Assembly: GCF_009914755.1 (NCBI RefSeq)
Contig: NC_060946.1
Source of the DNA: the human T2T-CHM13v2.0 reference genome, Homo sapiens
DNA length: 64,000 bases
Reading direction: 5' to 3' (one strand)
Part shown: one piece after another, positions 26,899 through 38,458 of the stretch
How positions within the stretch are numbered: the first letter of the stretch is position 1
How the letters are laid out: every line of letters starts with the position of its first letter
Notes under the pieces: model-generated
Seen by the model: only the letters and a program-made list of their open reading frames with translations
What the model was told of the DNA's origin: nothing
Databases searched by the model: none
Program-made: the position numbers and the translations under genes

Positions 26899-27119
26899 GT
26901 TCCAGGCATATTTTGTTGCTTAGAATGAGGATATAATTTTTCAAAGTGATTCTGTCTAAAATTAAGTTAAACAAAACTATTAAGTAAATAATGATGCTGG
27001 TGACAAGATGACATGGGGCATGGCAAAAACCACCGAGGCAGTGTACAAAATGGCTGGGGTTTAGGGACTACTCAAGCCCTAACTCATTTATTCACCATGT
27101 TATTCAAACCATTATTCAG

Positions 27120-27460
27120 TACATACTTCACTGTTTCAGTTCCCTCAACTGTAAAATGGGGATGAAAGAACAGCCCCTCCTGGGGTTTCATGAGTATTAA
27201 ATGGGTTTGTTGCACGTAAAGCTCTTAGAACAGCATGTGGCAGAGTAAGTACAAAATAATATGAGGTATTATTGCTGTTTATTGAGCATCTGCTAGGTGC
27301 CAGACACTATGAACTCTGTGTGTGTGATCTCACTGAATCCACACAAACACCCTATGGAAGCCTCATGATCACCACTACTTTGCAAATGAGGCAACTTGAG
27401 CTCAGAGAGGCTGAGTCCTCTGCCTGAAGTCACACAGCTGGCAAGTAGTAAAGTGGGAAG
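27120..27460. mobile_element. Tail-to-tail MIR pair (+ then -)
   Basis: TTTCAGTTCCCTCAACTGTAAAATGGGG, then TTTATTGAGCATCTGCTAGGTGCCAG..GCTCAGAGAGG..GTCACACAGC. Confidence 0.75.
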
Positions 27461-27549
27461 TGGGGTCTACACATTTCCAATGCTCGTATTATCCTTATTA
27501 CTCCTTGAAGACAGTAGCTTCTTGTTCACCAATATAGCAATTAATTTCT

Positions 27550-27955
27550 GCAATGTTAGGAATAGTTGCATGTAACCATATATCCAAGCACAAATGGTGT
27601 AAACAAGCATGATAGAAATTATTTTTTTCCTCCTGTAAGTCGGACAGATGGCAGCTCCATAATGCCATCAGGTATCCAAGTTCTTTCTAACTGTCATATA
27701 TAAATTTTTTAACTGTGACTTGCATTCCAATGCTCTCAGAATGATTGCCAGAGCTCCAACCATCACATCCCCCATTCAGACTAGAAGAAAAATGCGAGTC
27801 TAGTGATAAAGACATGAGTGTTAGCTCAGATTGCCTCCTTTGTAAAGGAGCTTTTCTGGAAAATGCACCCAACACCTTCCACTTACAAGTTATTAGACAG
27901 AGGTTGCCACATGACAGTCCCACATGTAAGTAAGGCTGAGAAATGTAGATTTTAA
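27550..27955 (-). mobile_element. Old MaLR LTR (MLT1K/L-like)
   Basis: GTTAGGAATAGTTGCATGTAAC, AGCTCCAACCATCACATCC, AGGCTGAGAAATGTAG. Confidence 0.6.
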
Positions 27956-28425
27956 AAAATGTTTAGAACATTATGACTCATTCCCTCTCTCCCCCATGAA
28001 ATAAATGTTATCTAGGTAAGAAGAATTTAAGGGAAATGTATGGCAAGTAGCAGCCCAGACCACAACACTAACTCAGGGACCCAAAGTCCTTCCTCAGTTG
28101 TGCATAGAGAAGGGTAATAACTAGAAAAGTCCCAACAATGCCATGGTCCTTCATTCTTGCATACATGCAGAGGTGTCTATGTATTATAACCAGCAAGGTT
28201 AGATCAGGCATTATAATTCAAAGTGTAAACCTGAGAGACCAAAGGAGAATGAGGGAAATATTGAGGATCACAGAGCATGTGAAAAACCCAGGACTTGGAT
28301 CTGTCACAGAGCATCTGACAAACCAGGACTCAGTGCTCTTTCAAGGATCCCGGGCTGTTTTGTTTTTCCCCCAGACTCAGTATTTTCCTCCTACTTTTAT
28401 CCCAGCTTTTAGCCTTGCATACTAT

Positions 28426-28789
28426 GTAATCATTAGTGCAGATCATCAAATATTTCTGGGTTTCTTTCCTTCCAGAACACATTGGGTTGCATTTCCTATA
28501 CCTGCATGATGGGTGAATAGCTCTGGCCAATAAGTTGGAGGCAGAAACAGTAGTATGTGTCCATTCTGAGTAGCTTTCATAATCAATGCAAGGTCCTTGA
28601 CAGTTCAGTTTTCCATCAGGCCCTTTGAGCAGTGACTTTCAAGAGGGTGCTAGTCCATTAGCTTGGGTAACCAAATAACTGTGATGAGAGATCTTCTTGC
28701 CAACTTGTGATGAATATCCAGCATAAGCACTGAGATCTGAGGCTTGCTTGTTACTGCAGTGTAACCTGCTCTCTCCTGACTGATATACA
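28426..28789 (+). mobile_element. MaLR solo LTR (MLT1H/I-like)
   Basis: CTCTGGCCAATAAG; end CACTGAGATCTGAGGCTTGCTTGTTACTGCAGTGTAACC..CTGACTGATATACA. Confidence 0.7.
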
Positions 28790-28918
28790 ACAAACTCATG
28801 TTTCATTCAGTGAATTCCAGATCAAGTGACCCAAACTGGGGTTGTGGTGCTGTTGAGAACTTCAGTCATGTTCCATGAACTTTGCGAGGATAAGGAAAAT
28901 TAGAAGAGGATGTATGGT

Positions 28919-29131
28919 TTTGTTTCCTAGTACAGTAGCCACTAGCTATGTGTGCTACTTAGATTCAAATTAATTACAATGAAGTAAAATTAAAATTCAA
29001 TTCCTTCTTTACACCAACCACATTTCAGTGCTCAATAGCCACAGGAAGATAGTGGCCACCACACTTCTGTGCTGGAAAACATTGATACAGAATCTTTCCA
29101 TTGTTGTGGAAAGTGCTCTTGGACAGCCCTG
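28919..29131 (-). mobile_element. MER3 hAT-Charlie DNA transposon
   Basis: GTAGCCACTAG..AAATTAAAATTCAATTCC..CCACATTTCAGTGCTCAATAGCCACA..GGAAAGTGCTCTTGGACAGCCCTG; about 210 bp. Confidence 0.85.
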
Positions 29132-30009
29132 GTCTAGAATCTTAGAAGTTGAATTTGGAATCCCAGAGCTAAGGAATGGTGGAAATCTTAGAAATATAGG
29201 ATACAGAATCTTAGAATGTTGACATCTTAGTGCGAATGACTCCTAAGATAATCTTGGTCATGCAATGGGAAAGCACTTCCCTCATTACCCTGAAATGATA
29301 AATGCCACCATCAGACAATGGCTGCTACCTACAGGAGGGGCTCAGGAGTCACTGTATCCTTGTATTTTTTAGGATCCAGATCTGTTTGAAGAGGAAAGCA
29401 AATGGCAGAGCATCTCACCTCTAGACCAACTGACCTTTGCGTCAGCATCCATCAGTGTTCATTACAGGACATGGTGCCCACAACAGGTCAGGAAACCAGG
29501 TAGACTCTGATTGAACAATGCAAGAGGAAGAGAGGATTCTCATGTGTGTGGAATATGAATGAGGTCAAGGGTGATATGACTAACAGAGGCCTCTGCAGCC
29601 ACTCAGTCTTTGGGTCACCATCATCACTGAGTGACCTTGAGAGTCACTCTACCACCACGAGCCTCGATTGCTTCATCTGTAAAATGGCCATAAAAGCTTG
29701 TATTTATAGAACTCTGATTTTTGCTGGGCGACATGCCAAAAACGTCACGTGCTTCAACTTCTATCTTCACAATAAGTCCAGGAAGCAGGTTCTAAAATTA
29801 CATTTATTTCTTTCTCTATCTCTCTCTTTTTAACAATTGGCCCTGTCTCCCCAAGTTGATGAACTGCTAGAAGGCAGTTCATCCCTTAATCCCAAACACC
29901 AGGTGGAGAGCAGATAACAACAGAAGGTTTCATCTTCTTTGGGGTGAACCCGAGACACACGGAAAGTGAGTTTGAGTCAGATGCCAAGTTCTTCCCTCTT
30001 TTTAGAGGC

Positions 30010-30382
30010 AGATATTATTACTTCTCCCTGGTATTTCTAATCTGCCCCTCCTTCAGGGAATATGGGAGGATTACTTGAAGTTGGACACCATTATGTAAGC
30101 AGATGGGATGTGTGTCACTTCAGGCAGGAGAAATCAAGAGCCAGGTCACCATCCTCCATTCTTCATTTCCCTGCTGTGGAAGCATGTGTGTATTATAAGG
30201 TTGAAGCTTTCCAGATTGTTGATTTGCTGTGCAAGGAAAAGCTCTCCTGGAGAGTCACCCAAACTCACCGTGAACTTTGCGAGAATAAGAAACAGGCATT
30301 AATTGGCTTTGGTAAGTCACTAAGATTTGGAAGGGGTGGAGGTTGTTACTGCGGCATCACCTGACATATCCTGTCTAAAACA
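30010..30382 (+). mobile_element. MaLR solo LTR (MLT1H/I-like)
   Basis: GTGTGTCACTTC; GTAAGTCACTAAGATTTGG..TTGTTACTGCGGCATCACCTGACATATCCTG. Confidence 0.7.
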
Positions 30383-30769
30383 ACTTAGAATCCCTGACAC
30401 ACTTTTCGAAGATTTATGGTACTCCCACCTACCACTTCAAATCTCCAGCATAGGATGACCAACGTTTGTGTCCAGTAGGGATTCCAGGCAGTCTTGGCTG
30501 GTCCATCAAGTGGACACCACAAGACCTAGACCACTGGGAGGAGGCTATCTTTATTTCTTCATAGGCAGCTGGCCTTGAGGCTTGCCCTTGCACACTCAAA
30601 GTTCCTGAGTCAAACACTACTCATGGCTTGAGTTTCCCATGCACTTTATGTAGAGAATCAGGCAATTTTCCAGAGACTACGTCTGTTTTTGAGGCTATCT
30701 TCTCTCTCCTTGGGCAGGAAGAAAGTAGAAAACCGTGGTTTCTGTGTGAGAATGCATGGGTTTCCGTCA

Positions 30770-31205
30770 TTAAGGGGAGAAGCATGTGACCCAGGAGGAG
30801 CCTATCAGCATAACCCATCCCCAGACCACAGGGATTGGTTCATGGTTGTTGATGGAAACCGAACCGTCCAATCAGAGTGGATCTCAGGGTTTGGGGGCAG
30901 TACCCAGATTAAGACACACCCTTTCTTCCCTGCTGAGTGGGAACATGAAATCTTGGTCATTTGCTGTGCAAAGAGCCAGTGGCAGCCATAAAGGGAAGCA
31001 GACTTAGAATGAAGACAGGAGACACGTAAAAGATAAAAAAGTAATGGTGTCTTTAATGAGTGAGATCATGGAGCTGCTGGTCCCAGACTCACCTGACAGC
31101 TGGAACCTCTGAAGTTTTCTTACCTGAACCCAGACGGTTCATTTTTAAGGTAATTTGAATCAGGTTTCCTGTTACTTAAAACGTAAATTGTCCACTTATG
31201 AATCA
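30770..31205 (+). mobile_element. Old MaLR LTR (MLT1K/L-like)
   Basis: CCACAGGGATTGGTTCA, CCAATCAGAG, TTTGAATCAGGTTTCCTGTTACTT. Confidence 0.6.
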
Positions 31206-32189
31206 GAGGACTAGGCCTTCTCTCAGTTCACTCTCCTCCTGGTGTCCTAGAGTTAGAGACCCCAGAAACATGAATTTATCCTAAGACCCGAAGAGGTGAA
31301 AAAAGGGTCCAAGTTCACTCAGGAAGTCCCTGGAAGTTCCTGGCTCCTGACTCTGCGCAGAAGGGGAATCGTGCTGGATGTGAGCTCACATTCAGAGAGA
31401 GAAAAAGAGAGAGAGGGAGATGCTCCTTTTAGCGCTGGCTGCCTGCAGCATAAATATATGCAAATGTATTCAGAGAAGCGCTGCATGGCATGGGCAGATA
31501 GAGGCAAAGTGAGGAGGAAAATTCATCTCCGTCTCAGGGATTTTGCCTCTGATAGGGTTCTCCTGGAGATCTCGGTGAAACCTTCATTATCCCCCCTTCT
31601 TCTCTCCAATTGGTCCCCACATCCTGGCTGATTCTGCTTAAAAACTCATCTCTCAAATCTGCCCCTTCTCACCAGCCCTGCACCAGCGCACTGTCTCCTG
31701 CCTCCTTTGCTCTCCAAGGAGCTGTTTCTCCAGCTCCCGTCCAGGCTCCCTGCCTCCACCTTTGTTGTCTGCAGGATGGAGCCCCCTGAGGTGCCAATTG
31801 GATGGGGCCATGTCCTTGATGAAGGCCTTCCATTGGCTTCCTGTCATCCCCAGGGGGGGGAAAAGAAAACCCAAGTTCAATATCCTAAAATGCAAGGCCT
31901 TTGAGATCTACTTCAACACACGTACCTTCTCTCCTTGTGCCCATGGGTCCCATGCTCCTGCCACATCTCCCTCACCTTTTGTTGAATCCTCAGTTGCACC
32001 TTCAGACTTCTGTGCAAGCTGCTCTCTCTGCTGGCCATGCTCTTCCCTTCTGGTACCTGAGGAAAGCTTCCCTCTTCTATAAACCCAGCTCAGATATTGT
32101 TTCTTTGGTAACATCTTTCCTCATCTTTTCAGTTTGACAGAATTTCTCTTCCTCCTTTGTCCCTATTATTCATGCAACAATCAGAATAG

Positions 32190-32430
32190 TAAGAAGAAGA
32201 AAGTGTATCAGGTGCTAACTATGGCCTGACACTAGGCTAAGTGCTCTATATGGGTTATCTCATCAGATTCTGCCAAGGCCCCTGCCAGGGGTATTAGTAT
32301 TATTATTAATTATTATTATTAATTATTACCTCCCTTCCCATTTTATAGATGAGGAAACCAAGGCTTCGGAAGAGGAAGTTGTTTACCTGTGGTTCCACAG
32401 CTAGATAGAAGGAAGCAGGCTGCTCTAAAC
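32190..32430 (-). mobile_element. MIR SINE
   Basis: CCCATTTTATAGATGAGGAAACCAAGGC. Confidence 0.8.
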
Positions 32431-32635
32431 TCATTACGGCATTTACATATATGTTATATTTTTAAGAGATTTATAGTTTGTGAAGCACTTTTTATATGCA
32501 TTAAGTAATTTGAGCTTCACAATGATCCTGGCAGGTGTATGTTTGTCTCCTCCTCTTATCCAAGAGTTTTGTGAGCAGTTTCTTGGTCATCTCTAATTCC
32601 CTAGTACTCAGTGCAAAGGCCTATATTGATAAGTG

Positions 32636-33050
32636 TGGAATGGATGGTTGGATGGATTTGTAGTCAGATGGGTGGATAGGTGGGTGGGTGGGTGGATGGT
32701 TGGATGGATGGGTGGATGAACTGGTCAGTGGGTGAATGGATGAATGGATATATGGATAGGCGAATGAATGATGAATAAGTGGATAGGTTGGTGGATGGGT
32801 AAGTGAATGGGAAAATGGACAGATGGATAGATGAATGATGGGTATGTGGATGGATTGACAGGTGGATAAGTGGATGGGCAAATGGATGGATGGATAAGTG
32901 GGTCAGTAGATGAATGGATGAATGGATGATGGATAAGTGGATAGATTGGTAGGTAGATGGGAAAATGAATGGGCACATGGACGGATAAATGGAGGAATGG
33001 CTAGAGAGATGTCTGGAAGAGTGGATCAATGAATAAATGGTCAGACAGAT
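32636..33050. repeat. Degenerate (TGGA)n simple repeat
   Basis: About 400 bp of TGGA/TGAA/TGGG units; explains the His/Pro/Ser-rich ORFs. Confidence 0.95.
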
Positions 33051-33429
33051 GAAGCAATAAACCCCAATAAAGTCCTCACTGTCAATTCCAATACTTCCTG
33101 AATTCAGATGTCACATTAGCCATTAGAGTTATGTGAATGAGCCAAAGAATGAAAGCCCAGTATATCCCAGGCGTCTTTTCCACTTCCCCTACCACAATCC
33201 CCGTTCACTGCAGAGGAGCAAAAATATTCCTTCTGAAAAGCTGTCCTTCAGCATCTGATCTCCACGCAGTGGCTGGGCCTAGCATCCTGCATATTCACAC
33301 ACAATGGGGCACTGGATTCGCTGAAGGTGAAACTCAACCAGGAGACTTGGGAGTGGCACTGTGGCCTCCAGCCTGGGGAAACAGACATCCCATGCCACGC
33401 TGCGCTCCACAGCCTTCCCCGACCACTGT

Positions 33430-34130
33430 TGTCTGCTTTCTAAATAAACCCTGAGACAGAGCTGTGTGGGGTTATAAATCAGCCGGAAATCAAATGCTAA
33501 CATGTAAATAAATTGCAAATCAGCTGAGAAATTGGTTTCATTTTGAGACGATAAAGCACATTTCTCCTGCACTGATTTTGTAAGGCGCCCCTTAAGAATT
33601 GTAATATTTCTGTGTGGTAATGATAAACATTAGTGAGTTGCTTTAGAAATGAAAAAATAGACAGCCTCTGGGGATTTGAAAAACATATGCACTTCAAATT
33701 TGAAAATCCAATTTAACTGTCCATTATAAGGAGAATAAAAAGGTAAGGATAGGATAATTTTGCAGTTACACAGCATTTGACTAAATCTGATTCTGCGATG
33801 ACAGGCACACTTTAAAAGCTACAAGTCTGAATGCGAGGAGACAGCAAATCATTTATTTATGATTGTAATCTAGCTCCTGTCTAACAAGTTAGCGACTGTG
33901 CTGCTTGCTCTCTGGCTGCGGACGGCATGTGTACATTTGTCAGTTAACACTCTTAAAAATATTTCTCATGGAATTTCTGGGTTTGGAGGGGAAAAAAAAA
34001 CAAAGAAGAGGGAAGATAAAAGAGATAATCCTTGTCTAATTTACCTAAATAGGCAGATGCTGAAATTGCCAAAGTTTAGAAAGAAACAAAACTTTTGTCT
34101 TTAATTTTTGCGGAAAGCAACTTTGGTAAA
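33430..34130. promoter_or_regulatory. Candidate enhancer-like AT-rich unique block
   Basis: About 700 bp repeat-free; TGTAAATA (FOX), several GATAA, TGACAG/TGTCAG (MEIS), TAAT cores, retained CpGs. Confidence 0.45.
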
Positions 34131-34191
34131 TACGTGTGTGCGCAAATGCGTGCACACCCACAAACACACACATGCTTAAACATGGTGCTGA

Positions 34192-34193
<2 letters not shown>

Positions 34194-34236
<43 letters not shown>
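34194..34236. repeat. (AC)n microsatellite
   Basis: Pure AC run of about 21 units. Confidence 0.97.
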
Positions 34237-34239
<3 letters not shown>

Positions 34240-35713
34240 GACCAGAGGCTCTGTCTGAAGCTGGAAAAGTTCACAGCACAAAACTTCAACGCAACAGTTG
34301 GTTTTCCTCCTGAATAACAGCTCTCCTTAATTCCTGTTGTCAGCATCTCTCTAGTGACATCTCTCCGCCTTTACCCTCCAAACCTATGGGACTCCTCCTA
34401 CTGCAATTAATTATTGCAAGCATGTTTTCTCAAAATGTGCCAATGTTCCTCCAGAAACAAACTTAGAAGTTTCTAAAAGCCTGACATGGAGGGAAAGGTC
34501 AGAAGGACTAAAATGAATAAAGATTCCTTTAGCCCCTACACAATGAATGCCCAAATCCAGGATTCCAACAGTTACATAGCATTAATTTTAACCACAGAAT
34601 GGAGTCACCCGTGGTATATGACCCTTCCCCATGCCGAGCACTAGATCCTTTCCGTGTTTGGAGCCTGTAAAGTTTCACAATGCTACCAACAAGGTAAGTC
34701 CAATTACTTCATCCTTTTTCACAGATGAGGCTCATCGGGTTTAAGTGGCCCAAGGTCACAAAGCTAGCATGTAGTATAGTTTAGGATTTGCATGCCATCT
34801 ATTTGAATCCTGTGCCTGTCCTACCTGTAACTACATTCATTTATTTGTTCAATGAAACTGAGATTAACTGAGCACCTAGCCTATACCAGTTGCCACTGCA
34901 GGCAGGAGGTATGAAACAGTAAGCAAATACACAAGCAAGACAAATTCATGAAGTGAACTTAGACAATCACTATGAAGGAAGAACCCAGGTGTTGGAATAG
35001 GGTGTGGCCAGTGGGAGTTGGGGAGGACCATTTTAGGGAAGAGCTTGGAATGCCCCTCAGCAGTGGTGACATTTCTGCTGCCTCCTGCGTGGGTTGGTGG
35101 AGCCAGCCGGCCTTGCTTTCTTGTAAGTCTAAACAGATCCCACGAGGTTTCTGACTGCAGGACTTGTCAGCCTTCAGTGCACGGCCATGCCCTGTGCTTT
35201 GAACAGTGGGAGGGCAGCAGTATTTTTGGAATCCCTCTCCTAAGGGAACATCTGGAGGGTCATGTCTTATATGAGATGCGTATGAAGACATACCAGATCA
35301 GGGCTAGCTTGGACCAACTGTCAACTGGTGCCTGTTGTTTTTCAGTTACTTGACACTCAGGCCCTAAGCAAAAGGCCATCTTGCAGTGTGACTTAGCCCC
35401 TCCCATTACCCCCACCTCTGACTTGCAGGCTAGCAGCAGCTCCCTCTGTGCGCTTCTTCTGGGGCATACTTGGGACACTTTGGAGCCTGTTTTACTAGCA
35501 AGACAACCGAGGCTCTCTTGTCTCATGGGCCGCCTGAAAATGGAAACTCCTCTCTCTCCTCCCGCGTCCGTGCTCCATGCATCCGGCCTCCGTGGACACC
35601 AGCTTCACACTGTGTCCCCATCCCCTTGGCCAACCTGCTGCACTCCCAGTACCCTGTTCCAGGAACAGGATAAACTCACCTCGGAGCGTTGCGTCTGCCA
35701 CTCCCCAGCCTAA

Positions 35714-35822
35714 AGCGTGATCCCCAAAACCACCCGTGTGCACATTGGAACCTTCTGGGGGGCTTTCTAAAATACTGGTGATGCCCAGGTCCCACCCCAG
35801 ACCAATGACATCAGACTGCCTG
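35714..35822. mobile_element. MER5B-like hAT fragment
   Basis: TAAAATACTGGTGATGCCCAGGTCCCACCCCAGACCAATGACATCAGA. Confidence 0.6.
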
Positions 35823-35929
35823 ACTGATGACAATGTGAAGCCACCCTGGTAAATCCTGGCCTTTCTTTCACTTCTGGCCCCTTATCCTTTATTATGGTTT
35901 TATCTCAGAGAGACCCACATCTAAAGCGT

Positions 35930-36182
35930 GTCTTTAATCCCAAGCTGCCTGCAGCCCCAATCCTTTTCCGTCACCTCACTGGGTTCCTGTTCTTCCCAGC
36001 ACCTATTGCAGTGGAAATTACCTCGCATGGTCATTTGTTTAGTGGCTGACTGTTTATGGTCTGTCTGAGACGGGGGCTCCTGGGGAGCAGCAACTGGTAT
36101 ATTGTGTTCACTTCTACGACCCCAGCATCGGAAGCAGTGTCCAGCACACAACACAGTGGCCTTTAGATCTCTGTTGACTTGA
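35930..36182 (+). mobile_element. L2 LINE 3' fragment
   Basis: TGTGTTCACTTCTACGACCCCAGCATCGGAAGCAGTGTCCAGCACACA tail. Confidence 0.7.
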
Positions 36183-36959
36183 AGGAGGTTCAGAGAGGCT
36201 AAGCTACCTTCCCAAGATCTCCCAGCTGGGCCTGGACTCCTACCTGGAATGCTGCACCCTCAGACCCCCTACAGATGAAATAACAGCCCGGGTCTATACT
36301 CCTTGTTCCACAAATGGGAAAATTGAGGTCTAGGGGCCCAGGATCATAAGATCATAACCCTATGCCCACTTCAAGGTCTCAGGCTGAGTGTGGGACAGAA
36401 TCATCTGCCTGCCAGCTGTCCCTCCTCCCAGCACAGCCATCAACAGAAGTCCCGATGAGCACTGCTCTGTCTGATTGCCTAAGCTGACCAGACTTTGTAA
36501 CCTACAAGGGAAGCTCTAAATTGCCAGGAGACCTCCAGGCAGGGAGGTAGAGGAGTGAGATATTGCATGGGCTTGCCTCAATTTGGAAAGCTGTCTGTGT
36601 TTGTCTCTCCAGGCCCATAAACAGGGTCAGAACGGAAGAAAAAAAAATCACCCAGCATCAATTCATGTCTCCTTCATTCCCTGCCCAATCCTATTCCCTC
36701 CTATAGGATTCTAAGGGTTGTGGGGCTTGGTTTTTCTCTGATGATGAAGAGATCTAGTGGGTCTTATGAAAGGGAGGAGTTTTGGGGTTGACAGACGGGA
36801 GGCCTTGCTTAGGTCCTAGACTGGTTGTTATTTCTCTTTTGACATGGAGAGCATGCATCCTGACCTCACAGCCTTACACTATGCCTGTGTTTTGACCTAG
36901 TGGTTATTACTTGGTTGGGAGGGGGGATAGTAGGAGAAAATTAACATGGAAATATACAG

Positions 36960-37930
36960 CAAATATGTAGCTATAAAGATGTTCAATGCAGCATTATTTA
37001 CATTAAGAGAAAGCAATTGGAAACAACCTAGTCAGCCATCACTAGTGGGTTGATTTATATATCTATGTAAAAAAATTATATATAAATGTATATTATATAA
37101 TAATATATAATATATACTTCTGTATACATGTGTACATATATGGAAAGAACAAAATCATTTAAAAATTTGCTGTAGAAAAATATTTTTTGAGGGCCCCTGT
37201 TTTCTCTTTTTTTAAATTTTATTTTTCTGTAAGTTATTGGGGTACAGGTGGTATTTGATTACATGAGTAAGTTCTTTAGTGGAGATTTGTGAGAACCTGA
37301 TGCACTCATCAACTGAGCAGTATGCACTGCACCATATTTGTTGTCTTCTATCCCTCACCCCTTCCTACTCTTCACCCCAAGTCCCCAAAGTCCATTGCAT
37401 CATTCTTATGCCTCTGCATCCTCACAGCTTAGCTCCCACATATCAGTAAGAACATATGATTTTTTGGTTTTCCATTCCTGAGTTACTTCACTTAGAATAA
37501 TAGTCTCTATTCTCATCCAGGTCATTGCAAATGCTGTTAATTCATTCCTTTTTATGGCTAAGTAGTACTCCATCGTCTATATATATACCAGAGTTTCTTT
37601 ATCCACTTGTTGATTGATGGGCATTTGGGTTGGTTCCACGATTTTGCTATTGTGAATTGCTGTTGAAAAATACTGAATGACATGGATAAATATTCTCCCT
37701 GTGTTGTGTCATAGTTTTCAAAGAGCTTGTTGCAAATCATGAAACCACAAACAATGTTTTTCTCTTGGAAACAAACAATACACATTCACTGAAAGAAAGA
37801 CCTTGAAGGATACAGGTTAAACTATTTACCTTGGCTGTGATGGGGCAGGAATTTCAGATAACATTGATATCTTCCTTGCCTGTATTTTTAGTAGTGTACA
37901 TGCATTACTTTTCTAATAAAATAACACAAA
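36960..37930 (+). mobile_element. Old L1M (L1ME-like) 3' fragments hosting the L1PB insertion
   Basis: AAGATGTTCAATGCAGCATTATTT..TTGGAAACAACCTA; end TGCATTACTTTTCTAATAAAATAA. Confidence 0.6.
37200..37662 (-). mobile_element. L1PB1-like 5'-truncated LINE (3' UTR)
   Basis: TTGGGGTACAGGTGGTATTTGATTACATGAGTAAGTTCTTTAGTGG, CCAAGTCCCCAAAGTCCATTG, TTCCATTCCTGAGTTACTTCACTTAGAATAATAGTCTC. Confidence 0.9.
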
Positions 37931-38149
37931 AGGAAAGCTCCACACCACTCTCACCTCCCAATATTGTTTTGAGAATCAACTGAGAGAGATTGTGTGAAAA
38001 TATTTGCGAAAGTTCCAAGAATGACATGAGTATGAAACATAACCACACTTGGCTAGAAACAGTATTGCTTATGAAAGCTGATGAATATTAAATATATACA
38101 GGTACATTTAATGTTCTAATCTGGGGAAAATTTTTTAATACTAGGACAG

Positions 38150-38458
38150 TTTCCAACTGGTGAACTGCTACTCATCTCACAAGGCCCAGCTCACATTGCC
38201 CTTCTTCAGGAACGTCTCCCTTATCGAGCATGCCCAGATTTAAGGCAGTGGGCTCCTTTCTTTATTTTCTTAAAGCATTAATTCATTTCCAGGTTGGGAA
38301 ACTCATCTGTTAATTATCTCCTTATCATACCAGACTGGGTGTTCCTTGAAGTCTGAAGCCATGATGTTTACTTCTGAATCCCCGGCTCCTTACAGAGTAT
38401 ATGGTACCTAGTAGGTGCTCAGTAATTGCCTGCTGAAAAGCCAGATGAATGAATGACG
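38150..38458 (+). mobile_element. L2 LINE 3' fragment
   Basis: CAAGGCCCAGCTCACATTGCC..TAGTAGGTGCTCAGTAATTG..GATGAATGAATGA. Confidence 0.7.

Noticed and set aside
37558-37785. ORF with L1 ORF2 C-terminal-like peptide (FTIAKSWNQPKCPSINKWIKKLWYIY)
   Set aside because: Remnant at the 5' end of the truncated L1PB fossil, not a gene.
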